DNA of 64,000 nucleotides. It comes from an uncultured bacterium. GTDB lineage: Bacteria; Hydrothermota; UBA3072. The stretch spans positions 8,311 through 72,310 of the forward strand of contig CAZSEX010000004.1 of assembly GCA_964606065.1 (NCBI GenBank), given 5' to 3'. Positions 46,707 to 56,181 of this stretch are shown here, piece by piece. How positions within the stretch are numbered: the stretch's first letter is position 1; each line of letters opens with the position of its first letter. Under the pieces are notes generated by a model, which was not told where the DNA came from, ran no database searches, and worked only from the letters and a program-made list of their open reading frames with translations. A program made the position numbers and the translations under genes.

Positions 46707-49700
46707 AAAGAGCGGGAAGAGAATTGTCGTTCAGGTGGATTTTGTTTAGCTTGCTTTGGTTTGCAGCTTTTTTTATGGTTATCCAGAATGCGGAAGCAGC
46801 AATTACCGGAAAAATTGCTGGTGTCGTTGTGGATGAGAGAACAGGTGAACCGTTACCCGGTGCCAACGTTATAGTTGAGGGTACTGACAGAGGAGCTGCC
46901 TGTGACGCTGACGGTTATTATTACATAATAAGATTGGAACCGGGAACCTATAACGTTCAGGCGAGGATGATGGGATATACCAGCGTTACAAAGGCGGGTG
47001 TTAGAGTCATTTCCGATCATACCACTCCGCTTGATTTTAAATTGACGCCGACGGTAGTGGAAGGAGAAGGAGTGACGATTCAAGCTGAAAGGGAAGTTAT
47101 CAAGATGGATCTTTCTTCCAGTTCTTTCGCTGCGGATAAAAGTGAAATAGAGGCTGTCCCTCTTATCGAAGACGTGAAACAATATTTGAACTTTCAGGCC
47201 GGAATAGCAGGCTGGAGTGTTAGGGGCGGCAGTCAAGGTGAGACCAAATTGCTGGCTGATGGTTTGCTTCTTGTCGACCAGAGATCAAATGAACCTATCA
47301 TGATGCCCAATCTGAGCGAGATAAAAGAGGTTCGTGTGATGAAAGGAGGCTTTAACGCGGAATACGCGAATGTTCGTTCGGGTATTATAAACGTTGTAAC
47401 CAGAGAAGGTTCTCCCGATAAATACGAAGGTTCATTCGAGTTCAGATATACTCCGGGTTATCAAAAGCATAAAGGTAGAACGATCTTTGACCCCGATAAT
47501 TATCATAACGCATTGTATTTATGGAACAAGTTAGATACTGGTTATTTGAATCCTATATTAGATACGTCAGGTAATATTATTTCATATGAAGATACGGTTG
47601 TTGGATATGACAGCGTTTGCTGGAAAGGCTCCGGCAAGGTATGGGGAGATCCAACCAGTCCGTTTTACGATACGGTTAAATATAACAATTATGGAGAGTT
47701 CAGAGGATGGATACGGCTGGTAGGAAGAGACACGACTACTACTCCTGAAATGCAGCGTGATAAATTTCTGTGGATGCGCCGTATTAATACACCAAGAACA
47801 GATTCTCTCTTATTGATTTATAATGGTGGTGATTCCATATACGTCCCGGTTTATGAGAATGATTCATTAACCGGATATAAAAAGGTTGCTTATGATTTTA
47901 GTGATCAAGACAGGACCGGCGAATACGGTCAACTGCCGGATTGGACACTGGACGCCGGCTTTGGTGGTCCCATTCCTATTATTAGCAGTTATTTGGGTGA
48001 TATGACATTTTATACTTCTTACAGGGATCATAATGAAACATTCGCTATCCCGGACAGCAGGGATTATTACAGGGAACGCCAGACGAGTTTAAAGTTGACT
48101 TCTCGTTTTGGCGATTTAAAGGCGAGTATTAAGGGTGTCTACTCGATTATTAATTCCCTCTCTCCGTTCGGCGAGGGTCACAGGTGGGAAGGGGAATATT
48201 CCCAGGGGTTAACCGGACAGGTATACCTCCGAGACGGTTCGGATATGCTATTTGGAATCGGGGATTATGATGGAAGATGGCACGGCAGTAATAAATTGAG
48301 CCTTGATCAGCTGTACAAAGCAAATGCGTTAACCCCGTTCGATATTACTTCCAGAATGTACGGTCTCGCGCTTCAGCATGCGTTGAGCGAGAATACTTTT
48401 TATGATCTGCATTTGACTTATATACGCAGTGGGAATGACGCTAAATACAATTTTGATGTGCCGACTCGTATGATGGGAGATACAGTAGTACTTTGGTTTT
48501 CAGATATTGTTGGACAAACCGAACATGCTGTGGATGATGTCCCATTTGGATGGGCCGACCCTCGATATGAAAACAACTATGGATATGATGAGACTGGCGA
48601 AGCACAATTTGGGTTTTCTCATCAATGCGGAACCTGGAATACTTCCTGGTCGCAGACCTATAGCGCGAGGTTTGATATGAGTTCGCAGATAAATAAGTAC
48701 AACCTGATAAAAGGCGGTCTTTCGTTTCAATATGATAAACTGCACGAGTTTTATATCACCAATGAGGGATGGTTCTGGCCGGAACCCGGAGAAAGAGACC
48801 ATAGTGAGGGATATTATTTTAACTATGACGCGTATCCTATCCTTGCGGGTGGTTATATTCAGGATAAAATTGAATTCGAAGGGATGTTTGGAAATATTGG
48901 TATGAGGTTTGATTACTCGGACCCGAATACCGAATGGCCGACGACTGAAGACAGATATTCGATGTTTTTCTCCAAATATCTTAAAGATTCTTTGTTTACT
49001 CAGGGTCCTGTAGAAGACGTAAGTCCTCACTTTGCGATAAGTCCACGACTCGGAATTTCATTCCCGATATTGGAAAGAAGCAAGTTGTTCTTCAATTACG
49101 GACATTTTTACTCCCTGCCGAACAACGAGGACAGGTATAAAATCGACTGGGGTAAGGAGACTGAAAATATTCATTTCCTGGGGAATCCGCGTCTTGAGAT
49201 GGAGAGAACTGTTTCTTATGAGGTGGGTCTTGAAAGCGGTATAGCCAACACTTATATGGCAAGGGTTTCAGGTTACTATAAAGATGTAGATAATGAAGCT
49301 GGTGAGATTGGATATTATGGGCTTGAAGGTTTATATGTTGATTATACGACGATGGAAAATACCGGCTACGGTGATATAAGGGGTTTTGAAATTGAGTTCA
49401 GGAAAGACCATGGAAGGTTTTTTACAGGATGGATAAATTATGATTACATGGTGCACACATCAGGAAACATCGGGATAACGCAGCATTATGAGGAACCGCT
49501 TTTAGAGTCAAGAGAAACAGAGGTGGACCCAAAGGAAGATAGTCCCGTTCCGAGACCCGTTTTCAGGACTTTACTCACATTAAAGACGCCTCAGGATTGG
49601 GGAATATTTTTGGGCGGTTATAATCTTTCATTCTTATATCAATGGAGAGCGGGATATTATGATACCCATAATCCTTATGGAGACGATTTGGAAGATGCGT

Positions 49701-50089
49701 TGCAGAACAATATCCAGTGGCCTTCTACGCGCATTCTTGATATGAGTATAAACAAGAGTCTTTCGGTCGGGGGTATTACAGCCAATCTGTTTGTGGAAGT
49801 GCACAATGTTTTTGACTGGCAGACTTTAAATTCTCAGGGTTTTGACCCCACGATACCTAAGAATGGGGACCGGGTTGCATATTTAAATTCACTTCATCTC
49901 GAGATTTATGATAAAGAACCTTTTCTGGCAGATGAGTCGATGAAGGGTCCTGAAGAACTTGGAGTTGAGCCGGATCACATTGGAGATTTGCGAAGCGAAG
50001 ATAAACCGTATATAAATAATCCGAATAGAGAATTTCTGTATTACCTTGATCCCAGATATGTGCAGTTTGGAATAAGGTTCTCTTTTTAG
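46703..50089 (+). CDS. TonB-dependent receptor 2 (paralogue of TBDR1)
   Basis: Same architecture and C-terminus PRYVQFGIRFSF. Confidence 0.9.
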   Translation: MKRAGRELSFRWILFSLLWFAAFFMVIQNAEAAITGKIAGVVVDERTGEPLPGANVIVEGTDRGAACDADGYYYIIRLEPGTYNVQARMMGYTSVTKAGVRVISDHTTPLDFKLTPTVVEGEGVTIQAEREVIKMDLSSSSFAADKSEIEAVPLIEDVKQYLNFQAGIAGWSVRGGSQGETKLLADGLLLVDQRSNEPIMMPNLSEIKEVRVMKGGFNAEYANVRSGIINVVTREGSPDKYEGSFEFRYTPGYQKHKGRTIFDPDNYHNALYLWNKLDTGYLNPILDTSGNIISYEDTVVGYDSVCWKGSGKVWGDPTSPFYDTVKYNNYGEFRGWIRLVGRDTTTTPEMQRDKFLWMRRINTPRTDSLLLIYNGGDSIYVPVYENDSLTGYKKVAYDFSDQDRTGEYGQLPDWTLDAGFGGPIPIISSYLGDMTFYTSYRDHNETFAIPDSRDYYRERQTSLKLTSRFGDLKASIKGVYSIINSLSPFGEGHRWEGEYSQGLTGQVYLRDGSDMLFGIGDYDGRWHGSNKLSLDQLYKANALTPFDITSRMYGLALQHALSENTFYDLHLTYIRSGNDAKYNFDVPTRMMGDTVVLWFSDIVGQTEHAVDDVPFGWADPRYENNYGYDETGEAQFGFSHQCGTWNTSWSQTYSARFDMSSQINKYNLIKGGLSFQYDKLHEFYITNEGWFWPEPGERDHSEGYYFNYDAYPILAGGYIQDKIEFEGMFGNIGMRFDYSDPNTEWPTTEDRYSMFFSKYLKDSLFTQGPVEDVSPHFAISPRLGISFPILERSKLFFNYGHFYSLPNNEDRYKIDWGKETENIHFLGNPRLEMERTVSYEVGLESGIANTYMARVSGYYKDVDNEAGEIGYYGLEGLYVDYTTMENTGYGDIRGFEIEFRKDHGRFFTGWINYDYMVHTSGNIGITQHYEEPLLESRETEVDPKEDSPVPRPVFRTLLTLKTPQDWGIFLGGYNLSFLYQWRAGYYDTHNPYGDDLEDALQNNIQWPSTRILDMSINKSLSVGGITANLFVEVHNVFDWQTLNSQGFDPTIPKNGDRVAYLNSLHLEIYDKEPFLADESMKGPEELGVEPDHIGDLRSEDKPYINNPNREFLYYLDPRYVQFGIRFSF

Positions 50090-50112
50090 AAGGTAAAGGA
50101 GGTTATTGAAAA

Positions 50113-52458
50113 ATGAAACAGAGGAAGTTATTAATATTAATTTTTCTTCTGGCTTTTTTCTGGGTGAGTGGTGTTCATGCTCAGATTGCTACAATGGTCA
50201 AAGTGGGAAAAATGGAAGCCAGGATATTTGACCACGGCTGTCAGAGCAATGATCTTTATCAAAATGGTATGATTCGCTACTTTAGAGGTAGTTACATTAG
50301 AGAGGAGGATGCGTTTGAAAGCCCGTATCAACAGCAGATTCTTGGGGATGCCGGAATGCTTTTTGGTGCTCGAAACTGGGTGGATGCAACCGGACATAAA
50401 TGGGACGCTTTTGTCACTGGACATGGTGCTCGTTTACGTGGAGAGGAAAGCGAATCTTATCAATTTGCCGTTCCGGATGAAGAAGGGTATTCCGTACGAA
50501 GATATATGAGATATCCTCTTCCAAAGATATTTGTAGATGGAGTAGAAACCGGAGATCCGTTTCCTATGTCGGGAGATGATGTGGCGCCCGAGAAAGTATG
50601 GGGAACCGCCGATATAATGGTTGAGTCCAATGTCAGATTTAATATCGGTGTGGATGCCAAACAGAGGGTGTTAGCCTGGAGTCAGCCGGGGCATGATGAT
50701 TATGTAATATGGGATTGGACATTTGTAAACACGGGAAATGTCAATTTAGATGATAATATCGAGCTTCCGGAGCAGGCATTGGAGGATGTTTATATTAACA
50801 GAATTACCGAGACTATGGTAAACGGGACCGGGGATAATAAAGTATTTCCTACTTTTTCAGGAACAACAGAAGATCAGGACACAAGGCTTTCCTATCCCCA
50901 GGATGATGACTCTCTTCGGATTGATTATGTCACTCCTCTTAGAACAGATGAGACGAGTGATACTTACGGTCTCAACCCTTCAGTTGGTGTGTCGAATATT
51001 TTGACCGGATCTCGTTTTGCGGGTTCAGCGACTTTGTTTGCCCCTAAATCATGCGATGTTCCGCAGTTACCAAATACTCCTGCCAGTAATGACCCGGCTC
51101 AGCCGTCTATGCATACGAGTCTCTTAGCTGAGCCCAGCTGGATGTTGTTGCACAATGGGATATTGGCTGATTTTCCCGCAATGACACCCCAGGAATTCGT
51201 TGATGCTTATGAAATTATGAAGAAGGGTGTATTTGGTATTGATCCGGAAGAAGTTAACTATCAGAAAACTTATCCTATGGATAGTGTTTATGATGTTTAC
51301 GATACTACCGCCAGCGGTGCACCCACTTATTATGAACAACCCGTGGATAGATGGGGAGAGTTGGACCCGGATAGGGGATACAGATATGCCTCGGAAATTC
51401 CTTCTACCATTATCAGGTGGGACCAGCAGTGTCATTTTTCCATAGGTCCATACCAGATGGAATTCGGAGACACTCTGAGGTTTGTATATGCTTATGTGGC
51501 TGGTGCCATAAATAGGAAAGCTTCATATCTCGCCGGTGAGGCCTGGAATAATGGTAACGCTGCTTCTTACGGCTGGCTGGCAGAGATGGATTCGGCTGAA
51601 ATGGTTGAAGAGTTAAAGAAAAGGGATCCTATATTCGATGTTTTTTTTGATATCGGAGAGTTAACTCCCGTATCTTCGCTTAATGATATAGCGAAAGACC
51701 TGTTGGTGGCAACAGGGAGAGATTCTCTCTTCAATAACGGCATGAACGCGCAGAGAAACTTTAATATGGATTATGACATACCCGAATCTCCCGCGCCTCC
51801 TTCCGTTTTTAATGTTACTTCACGTCCCGATATGATAAAGCTGACATGGAGTTATCAGTCTGATTTTGGTAATTATAAACCTTCGAATCTTGCAAAGTTT
51901 AGAATCTACAGAGCTTTAGGAGGTTATGTATATGAAAAACAGGGAGAGATTGTTACGGGTGACTGGCAAGTGATCGACTCTGTCGGTGCGAACGATACCT
52001 TATATGAGGATACGAGTGTTACTCCGACTGTTGATTATTACTACGCGATTACAGCTGTAAGCAATTCGGGAGTTGAAAGCGGAATGTTTTTAACAATGAC
52101 CAAATTAGCGGCGAATTTACAAAGTCATCCAGGTACCGATCTCAATGCCGTTAGAGTTGTTCCAAATCCTTTAAATGTAAATTCTTCGGCACGTACGAGA
52201 TACAGCGAGGGAGGGGGATTAAAATTAGCCTTTGTCAAACTGCCTGGTGAATGCACAATTACTATATTGACAGAATCGGGAAATCTGGTGACCACCATTG
52301 AGCATAAAAACGGAAGCGGAACAGAAACGTGGGAACCAAAGAATCAACAATTTCTTCTTACGGATTCCGATCAGCTGCCTGCGAGTGGAATTTATATTGC
52401 TCATATAACGACTCCTGAGGGCAAACATGTTTCTCGCAAGTTCGTAATAATAAGATAA
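50113..52458 (+). CDS. Secreted TBDR partner protein 2 with Fn3-like and T9SS-type C-terminal domains
   Basis: Paralogue of 28315-30651, ending ASGIYIAHI...KFVIIR. Confidence 0.72.
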   Translation: MKQRKLLILIFLLAFFWVSGVHAQIATMVKVGKMEARIFDHGCQSNDLYQNGMIRYFRGSYIREEDAFESPYQQQILGDAGMLFGARNWVDATGHKWDAFVTGHGARLRGEESESYQFAVPDEEGYSVRRYMRYPLPKIFVDGVETGDPFPMSGDDVAPEKVWGTADIMVESNVRFNIGVDAKQRVLAWSQPGHDDYVIWDWTFVNTGNVNLDDNIELPEQALEDVYINRITETMVNGTGDNKVFPTFSGTTEDQDTRLSYPQDDDSLRIDYVTPLRTDETSDTYGLNPSVGVSNILTGSRFAGSATLFAPKSCDVPQLPNTPASNDPAQPSMHTSLLAEPSWMLLHNGILADFPAMTPQEFVDAYEIMKKGVFGIDPEEVNYQKTYPMDSVYDVYDTTASGAPTYYEQPVDRWGELDPDRGYRYASEIPSTIIRWDQQCHFSIGPYQMEFGDTLRFVYAYVAGAINRKASYLAGEAWNNGNAASYGWLAEMDSAEMVEELKKRDPIFDVFFDIGELTPVSSLNDIAKDLLVATGRDSLFNNGMNAQRNFNMDYDIPESPAPPSVFNVTSRPDMIKLTWSYQSDFGNYKPSNLAKFRIYRALGGYVYEKQGEIVTGDWQVIDSVGANDTLYEDTSVTPTVDYYYAITAVSNSGVESGMFLTMTKLAANLQSHPGTDLNAVRVVPNPLNVNSSARTRYSEGGGLKLAFVKLPGECTITILTESGNLVTTIEHKNGSGTETWEPKNQQFLLTDSDQLPASGIYIAHITTPEGKHVSRKFVIIR

Positions 52459-52471
52459 AGGGGAGGAAAGA

Positions 52472-53449
52472 ATGAAGAAATTTTTTATTATAGCTCTATT
52501 AACTGTTTTTTCGATTAATGCTTACTCGAGCAAAAAAGTCGCCCAGACAGGAGGCGGGTTTTTGGATGTTGGTGAGGGAGCACGGGCTTGCGGAATGGGA
52601 GAAGCATTTACTGTATTAGGGCAAGATGCTACCTCTCTTTTCTATAATCCCGCGGGTATAGGAGAAATCGATGCCGGTTTTGATTTGTCGACCGGCGGAA
52701 CGCAGTGGATAGCAGATATTCAGTATCTTTATCTATCTGGGGTTTTAAATGCAGGGGTGTGGGGAAATTTCGGTTTTAGCCTTATAGCTCCCGATTATGG
52801 TGATTTTTACGGCACCATAGTTACTGAAGGCGGAGCAGGCTATGCGGAGACTGATACCTTTGGTGTTAAGGCGTTTTGCGGGGGTGTAGCTTACGCCAGA
52901 GAATTCACCGACAAATTTACGGTAGGTCTTCAAGTTAAATATGTTTCCCAGTATCTGGGACAAAATGAAAAAGGAGATAGTATAGGGGGTTATTATAAGG
53001 AAGACAACTATGTTTGGACCCTTGCTTATGATTTCGGTTTGCTTTTCGCCCCCGGCTTTAAAAGTTTTGCTTTCGGTATGTCCGTTAGAAATTTCTCCCC
53101 CAGGGTGACTTACGAATTAGTGGGTTTTGAATTGCCTTTAACCTTTGCTCTTGGCGTGGGTATGGATGTTCTGGATCTTTTCGGGGAATATGAAGATTAT
53201 TCGTTTAATATAGGCGCCGAAATGCTGCATCCGCGTGACTGGGACGAACAGTATCATGTGGGAGGAGAACTCTCGTTTAAAAATATGCTTTTTCTGCGAG
53301 CTGGTTATAAATTCAACTATTTCGCGGAGGGTTTAAACGCCGGGGTTGGCATTAGTGTTGGGGGAGTGAAAATCGATTATTCTTACAGTGAATTCGATTT
53401 AACGGGTATAGACATGGTTAATAGAGTCTCCGCCGGATTCGCTTTTTAG
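52472..53449 (+). CDS. PorV/PorQ-family outer-membrane beta-barrel 2
   Basis: KVAQTG...GARACGMGEAF...LFYNPAG, C-terminal Phe. Paralogue of 30665-31639. Confidence 0.82.
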   Translation: MKKFFIIALLTVFSINAYSSKKVAQTGGGFLDVGEGARACGMGEAFTVLGQDATSLFYNPAGIGEIDAGFDLSTGGTQWIADIQYLYLSGVLNAGVWGNFGFSLIAPDYGDFYGTIVTEGGAGYAETDTFGVKAFCGGVAYAREFTDKFTVGLQVKYVSQYLGQNEKGDSIGGYYKEDNYVWTLAYDFGLLFAPGFKSFAFGMSVRNFSPRVTYELVGFELPLTFALGVGMDVLDLFGEYEDYSFNIGAEMLHPRDWDEQYHVGGELSFKNMLFLRAGYKFNYFAEGLNAGVGISVGGVKIDYSYSEFDLTGIDMVNRVSAGFAF

Positions 53450-53467
53450 AGAGACAGCTGAGTAAGT

Positions 53468-53512
53468 AAATAAAACAGGTCACGGTTATTAAAATCGTGA
53501 CCTGTTTTATTT
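53468..53512. terminator. Bidirectional intrinsic terminator
   Basis: Perfect 17-bp stem aaataaaacaggtcacg/cgtgacctgttttattt between convergent genes. Confidence 0.8.
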
Positions 53513-53540
53513 TGAGTTATGAGTTTTGAATTTTGGATTT
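53511..53540. repeat. Solo 7-mer-period repeat half
   Basis: tttgagttatgagttttgaattttggattt, same family as 5076-5109. Confidence 0.55.
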
Positions 53541-53568
53541 TTTACTAGAAAAACCTAATAACAGATAC

Positions 53569-55839
53569 CTAAGACCGATATTCCTTTCTTAGTTCTTCTG
53601 CCGCTTCTACCATATTCCGAAGCGAGGGAATGACTTCTTCCCAATTTCTGGTTTTTAACCCGCAGTCGGGATTTACCCAGAGGTTTTTTAAAGGGATTAC
53701 TTCTATCGCTTTTTTAATTAGGTTTTTTATCTCTTCCTTAGAGGGTATTCGGGGGCTGTGAATGTCGTAAACTCCGGGTCCTATCTGATTCGGATATTGG
53801 AAATCTTTGAAAGCTTTCAAGAGTTCCATTTTTGAACGACTCGCTTCGATACTTATTACATCCGCATCCATTTTAGCTATCCATTCTATAATATCGTTGA
53901 ATTCACTGTAACACATGTGAGTGTGCATTTGAGTTTCGTCTTTAACGCTGGATGTCGCGAGACGGAAGCAATCGATTGCCCATCGTAAATATGTTTTCCA
54001 ATCTTTTTTTCTTAAAGGGAGACCTTCTCTCATCGCGGGTTCATCCACCTGGATTATTTTTATCCCGTTTTCTTCCAATTCCGCGATTTCTTCTCTTAAA
54101 ACAAGCGAGATCTGCTTGCAGGTTTCGCTTTTGGGTTGGTCGTCGCGGACAAAACTCCAGCAGAGAACTGTTACCGGACCGGTCAACATTCCTTTCATTG
54201 GTTTTTTTGTTAAGGACTGTGCGTATTTTATCCAATCTACTGTCATTGGTTTCGGGCGCGTTACATCACCGTAAAGAATTGGTGGTTTTACACAGCGTGT
54301 TCCATAACTCTGTACCCAGCCGTTTTTTGTGAAGCAAAAACCTTTTAACTGTTCACCGAAGTATTCCACCATATCGTTTCTTTCAGGTTCGCCGTGAACA
54401 AGAACGTCCAGTTCGAGTTTTTCCTGCTTATCTACAATTTCCTTTATAAAGTTTTTCATGTTTCTCTTGTAGTCTTCTTCTGAAATTTGCGTTTTTTTGA
54501 ATTCTGAGCGTACTTTTCGAATTTCTTTTGTTTGTGGGAAAGAACCGATAGTTGTTGTCGGCAGTAAAGGTAATTTTAAATTTTCATTCTGCTTTTTTAT
54601 GCGTTCCCTAAATGGCGATTTTCTTGTAAACATTTCTTTTGATACGTTTTTTAAACTATTTTGAACATTTCTGTTTGTAACTAAAGGGCTTTCTTTTCTC
54701 GATTGTAGAGCTTCTTTATTTAGCTTTAATTCATTTGAAATATCTTTTCCGATAGCAGCGTCGCGGATTATTTCTAATTCCTGGCATTTTTGTTTCGCGA
54801 AAGCCATCCAGTTTTTTATTTCAGGGTTCAGTCCGGTTTCTTCATCCAGGTCGACAGGTACATGTAGAAGAGAACAGGATGGAGCCACCATTGTACGTTC
54901 ATTACCGACTGCTTTTGTCGCTTTTCCTACGATATTCGCAGCTTTCTCGAGATTTGTTTTCCATATGTTTCTTCCGTTTACTACCCCCAGAGAAAGTATT
55001 TTATCCGGACCAGTATTTGCCAGTACCGAGTCCAACTGTTGAGGAGTTCTGACTAAATCCAGATGTATTCCGGATACAGGCAGGGAGAAAACGAGATCTT
55101 CGTTAAAACCGAGTTCTCCGAAATAAGTGGCAAGAAGTATTTTCAAATGTCCCGCTGCTCCTTTTAATCTATAATAAGTTTCTTTGAAATGATTTTTAAT
55201 TTCTACGCTCAGGTCGAGAACCAGTATGGGTTCATCCAGCTGTATCCAATCACAAGAGCTTGAAAGACGGGATAGGATTTCTTCATAAACTTTCAATACC
55301 GAATCTAAATGTTCAAAACGATCGAATACTTCTTCGGTTTCTTTTCCAAGGAATATGTACGTTAGGGGTCCCACAAGTACAGGCTTTACGTTAAACCCTT
55401 CATCGATCGCTTCTTTTGTTTCTTCGAAAATCTTTTCGCTTGAAAGTTTAAAAGTTTGATCGGGTGAGAATTCCGGAACTATGTAATGATAATTTGTGTC
55501 GAACCACTTGGTCATTTCCATCGCACCGGCGCTTCCTTTTCCTCTTGCCATGGCGAAATAGGTCTCTAAGTCGACTTTTTCTCCTTCAAAATTAAAACGT
55601 TCGGGTACCGCTCCTAAAGTCGCTGTCATATCGAGAATATGATCGTAAAACGAAAAATCTCCAGCGGGAACGAGATCGATACCATTTTCTTTCTGTAATT
55701 GCCAGTGACGTATTCTTAAATCTTTTGCAACACTCCGAAGTTCTTCTTCGGAAACTGTTCCTTTCCAGTAACCTTCGATTGCCGTTTTTAATTCTCTTTT
55801 AACACCTATTCTCGGGAATCCTAACGTATGAGTAATCAT
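53569..55839 (-). CDS. metE: Cobalamin-independent methionine synthase
   Basis: HTLGFPRIG..RELK, EMTKWFDTNYHY, PTTTIGSFPQT, HGEPERNDMVEYF, HTHMCYSEF, WVNPDCGLKTR. Confidence 0.97.
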   Translation of the reverse strand: MITHTLGFPRIGVKRELKTAIEGYWKGTVSEEELRSVAKDLRIRHWQLQKENGIDLVPAGDFSFYDHILDMTATLGAVPERFNFEGEKVDLETYFAMARGKGSAGAMEMTKWFDTNYHYIVPEFSPDQTFKLSSEKIFEETKEAIDEGFNVKPVLVGPLTYIFLGKETEEVFDRFEHLDSVLKVYEEILSRLSSSCDWIQLDEPILVLDLSVEIKNHFKETYYRLKGAAGHLKILLATYFGELGFNEDLVFSLPVSGIHLDLVRTPQQLDSVLANTGPDKILSLGVVNGRNIWKTNLEKAANIVGKATKAVGNERTMVAPSCSLLHVPVDLDEETGLNPEIKNWMAFAKQKCQELEIIRDAAIGKDISNELKLNKEALQSRKESPLVTNRNVQNSLKNVSKEMFTRKSPFRERIKKQNENLKLPLLPTTTIGSFPQTKEIRKVRSEFKKTQISEEDYKRNMKNFIKEIVDKQEKLELDVLVHGEPERNDMVEYFGEQLKGFCFTKNGWVQSYGTRCVKPPILYGDVTRPKPMTVDWIKYAQSLTKKPMKGMLTGPVTVLCWSFVRDDQPKSETCKQISLVLREEIAELEENGIKIIQVDEPAMREGLPLRKKDWKTYLRWAIDCFRLATSSVKDETQMHTHMCYSEFNDIIEWIAKMDADVISIEASRSKMELLKAFKDFQYPNQIGPGVYDIHSPRIPSKEEIKNLIKKAIEVIPLKNLWVNPDCGLKTRNWEEVIPSLRNMVEAAEELRKEYRS

Positions 55840-55906
55840 TTATTTTGCGCTCCTTTTTTATCAGGGATAATAAGATATTTAAAATAAAAGTCAAGGTGCC
55901 GGGTTT

Positions 55907-56118
55907 ACCGCAAAGACGCAGAGAACGCGAAGCCCATCCCATAAAAATTATTGTTTTTTGTCTTTCAAGCCCTATTACTAAATCAAAATTCTGAGAAGAT
56001 GTAAAAAAAACGAAACGCTCGCTTATTATACGCCGTATGTAATCTTGCGGTTCCTTTTTCGGTGTGGGGATGGGTTTAAATAATAATTTTTTCTTTGCGT
56101 ACTCTGCGTCTCTGCGGT
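55907..56118. repeat. Empty nested inverted-repeat element (J-K-core-K'-J')
   Basis: accgcaaagacgcagagaacgcgaag (55907-55932) vs 56093-56118 (23/26 inverted). Inner aagcccatccc (55930-55940) vs gggatgggttt (56067-56077). Confidence 0.8.
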
Positions 56119-56181
56119 CGAAAACCTTGACAAAGGAGATAAGATAGCTATTATACTTTTTGCAAAAAGGAGGCGATTTTA

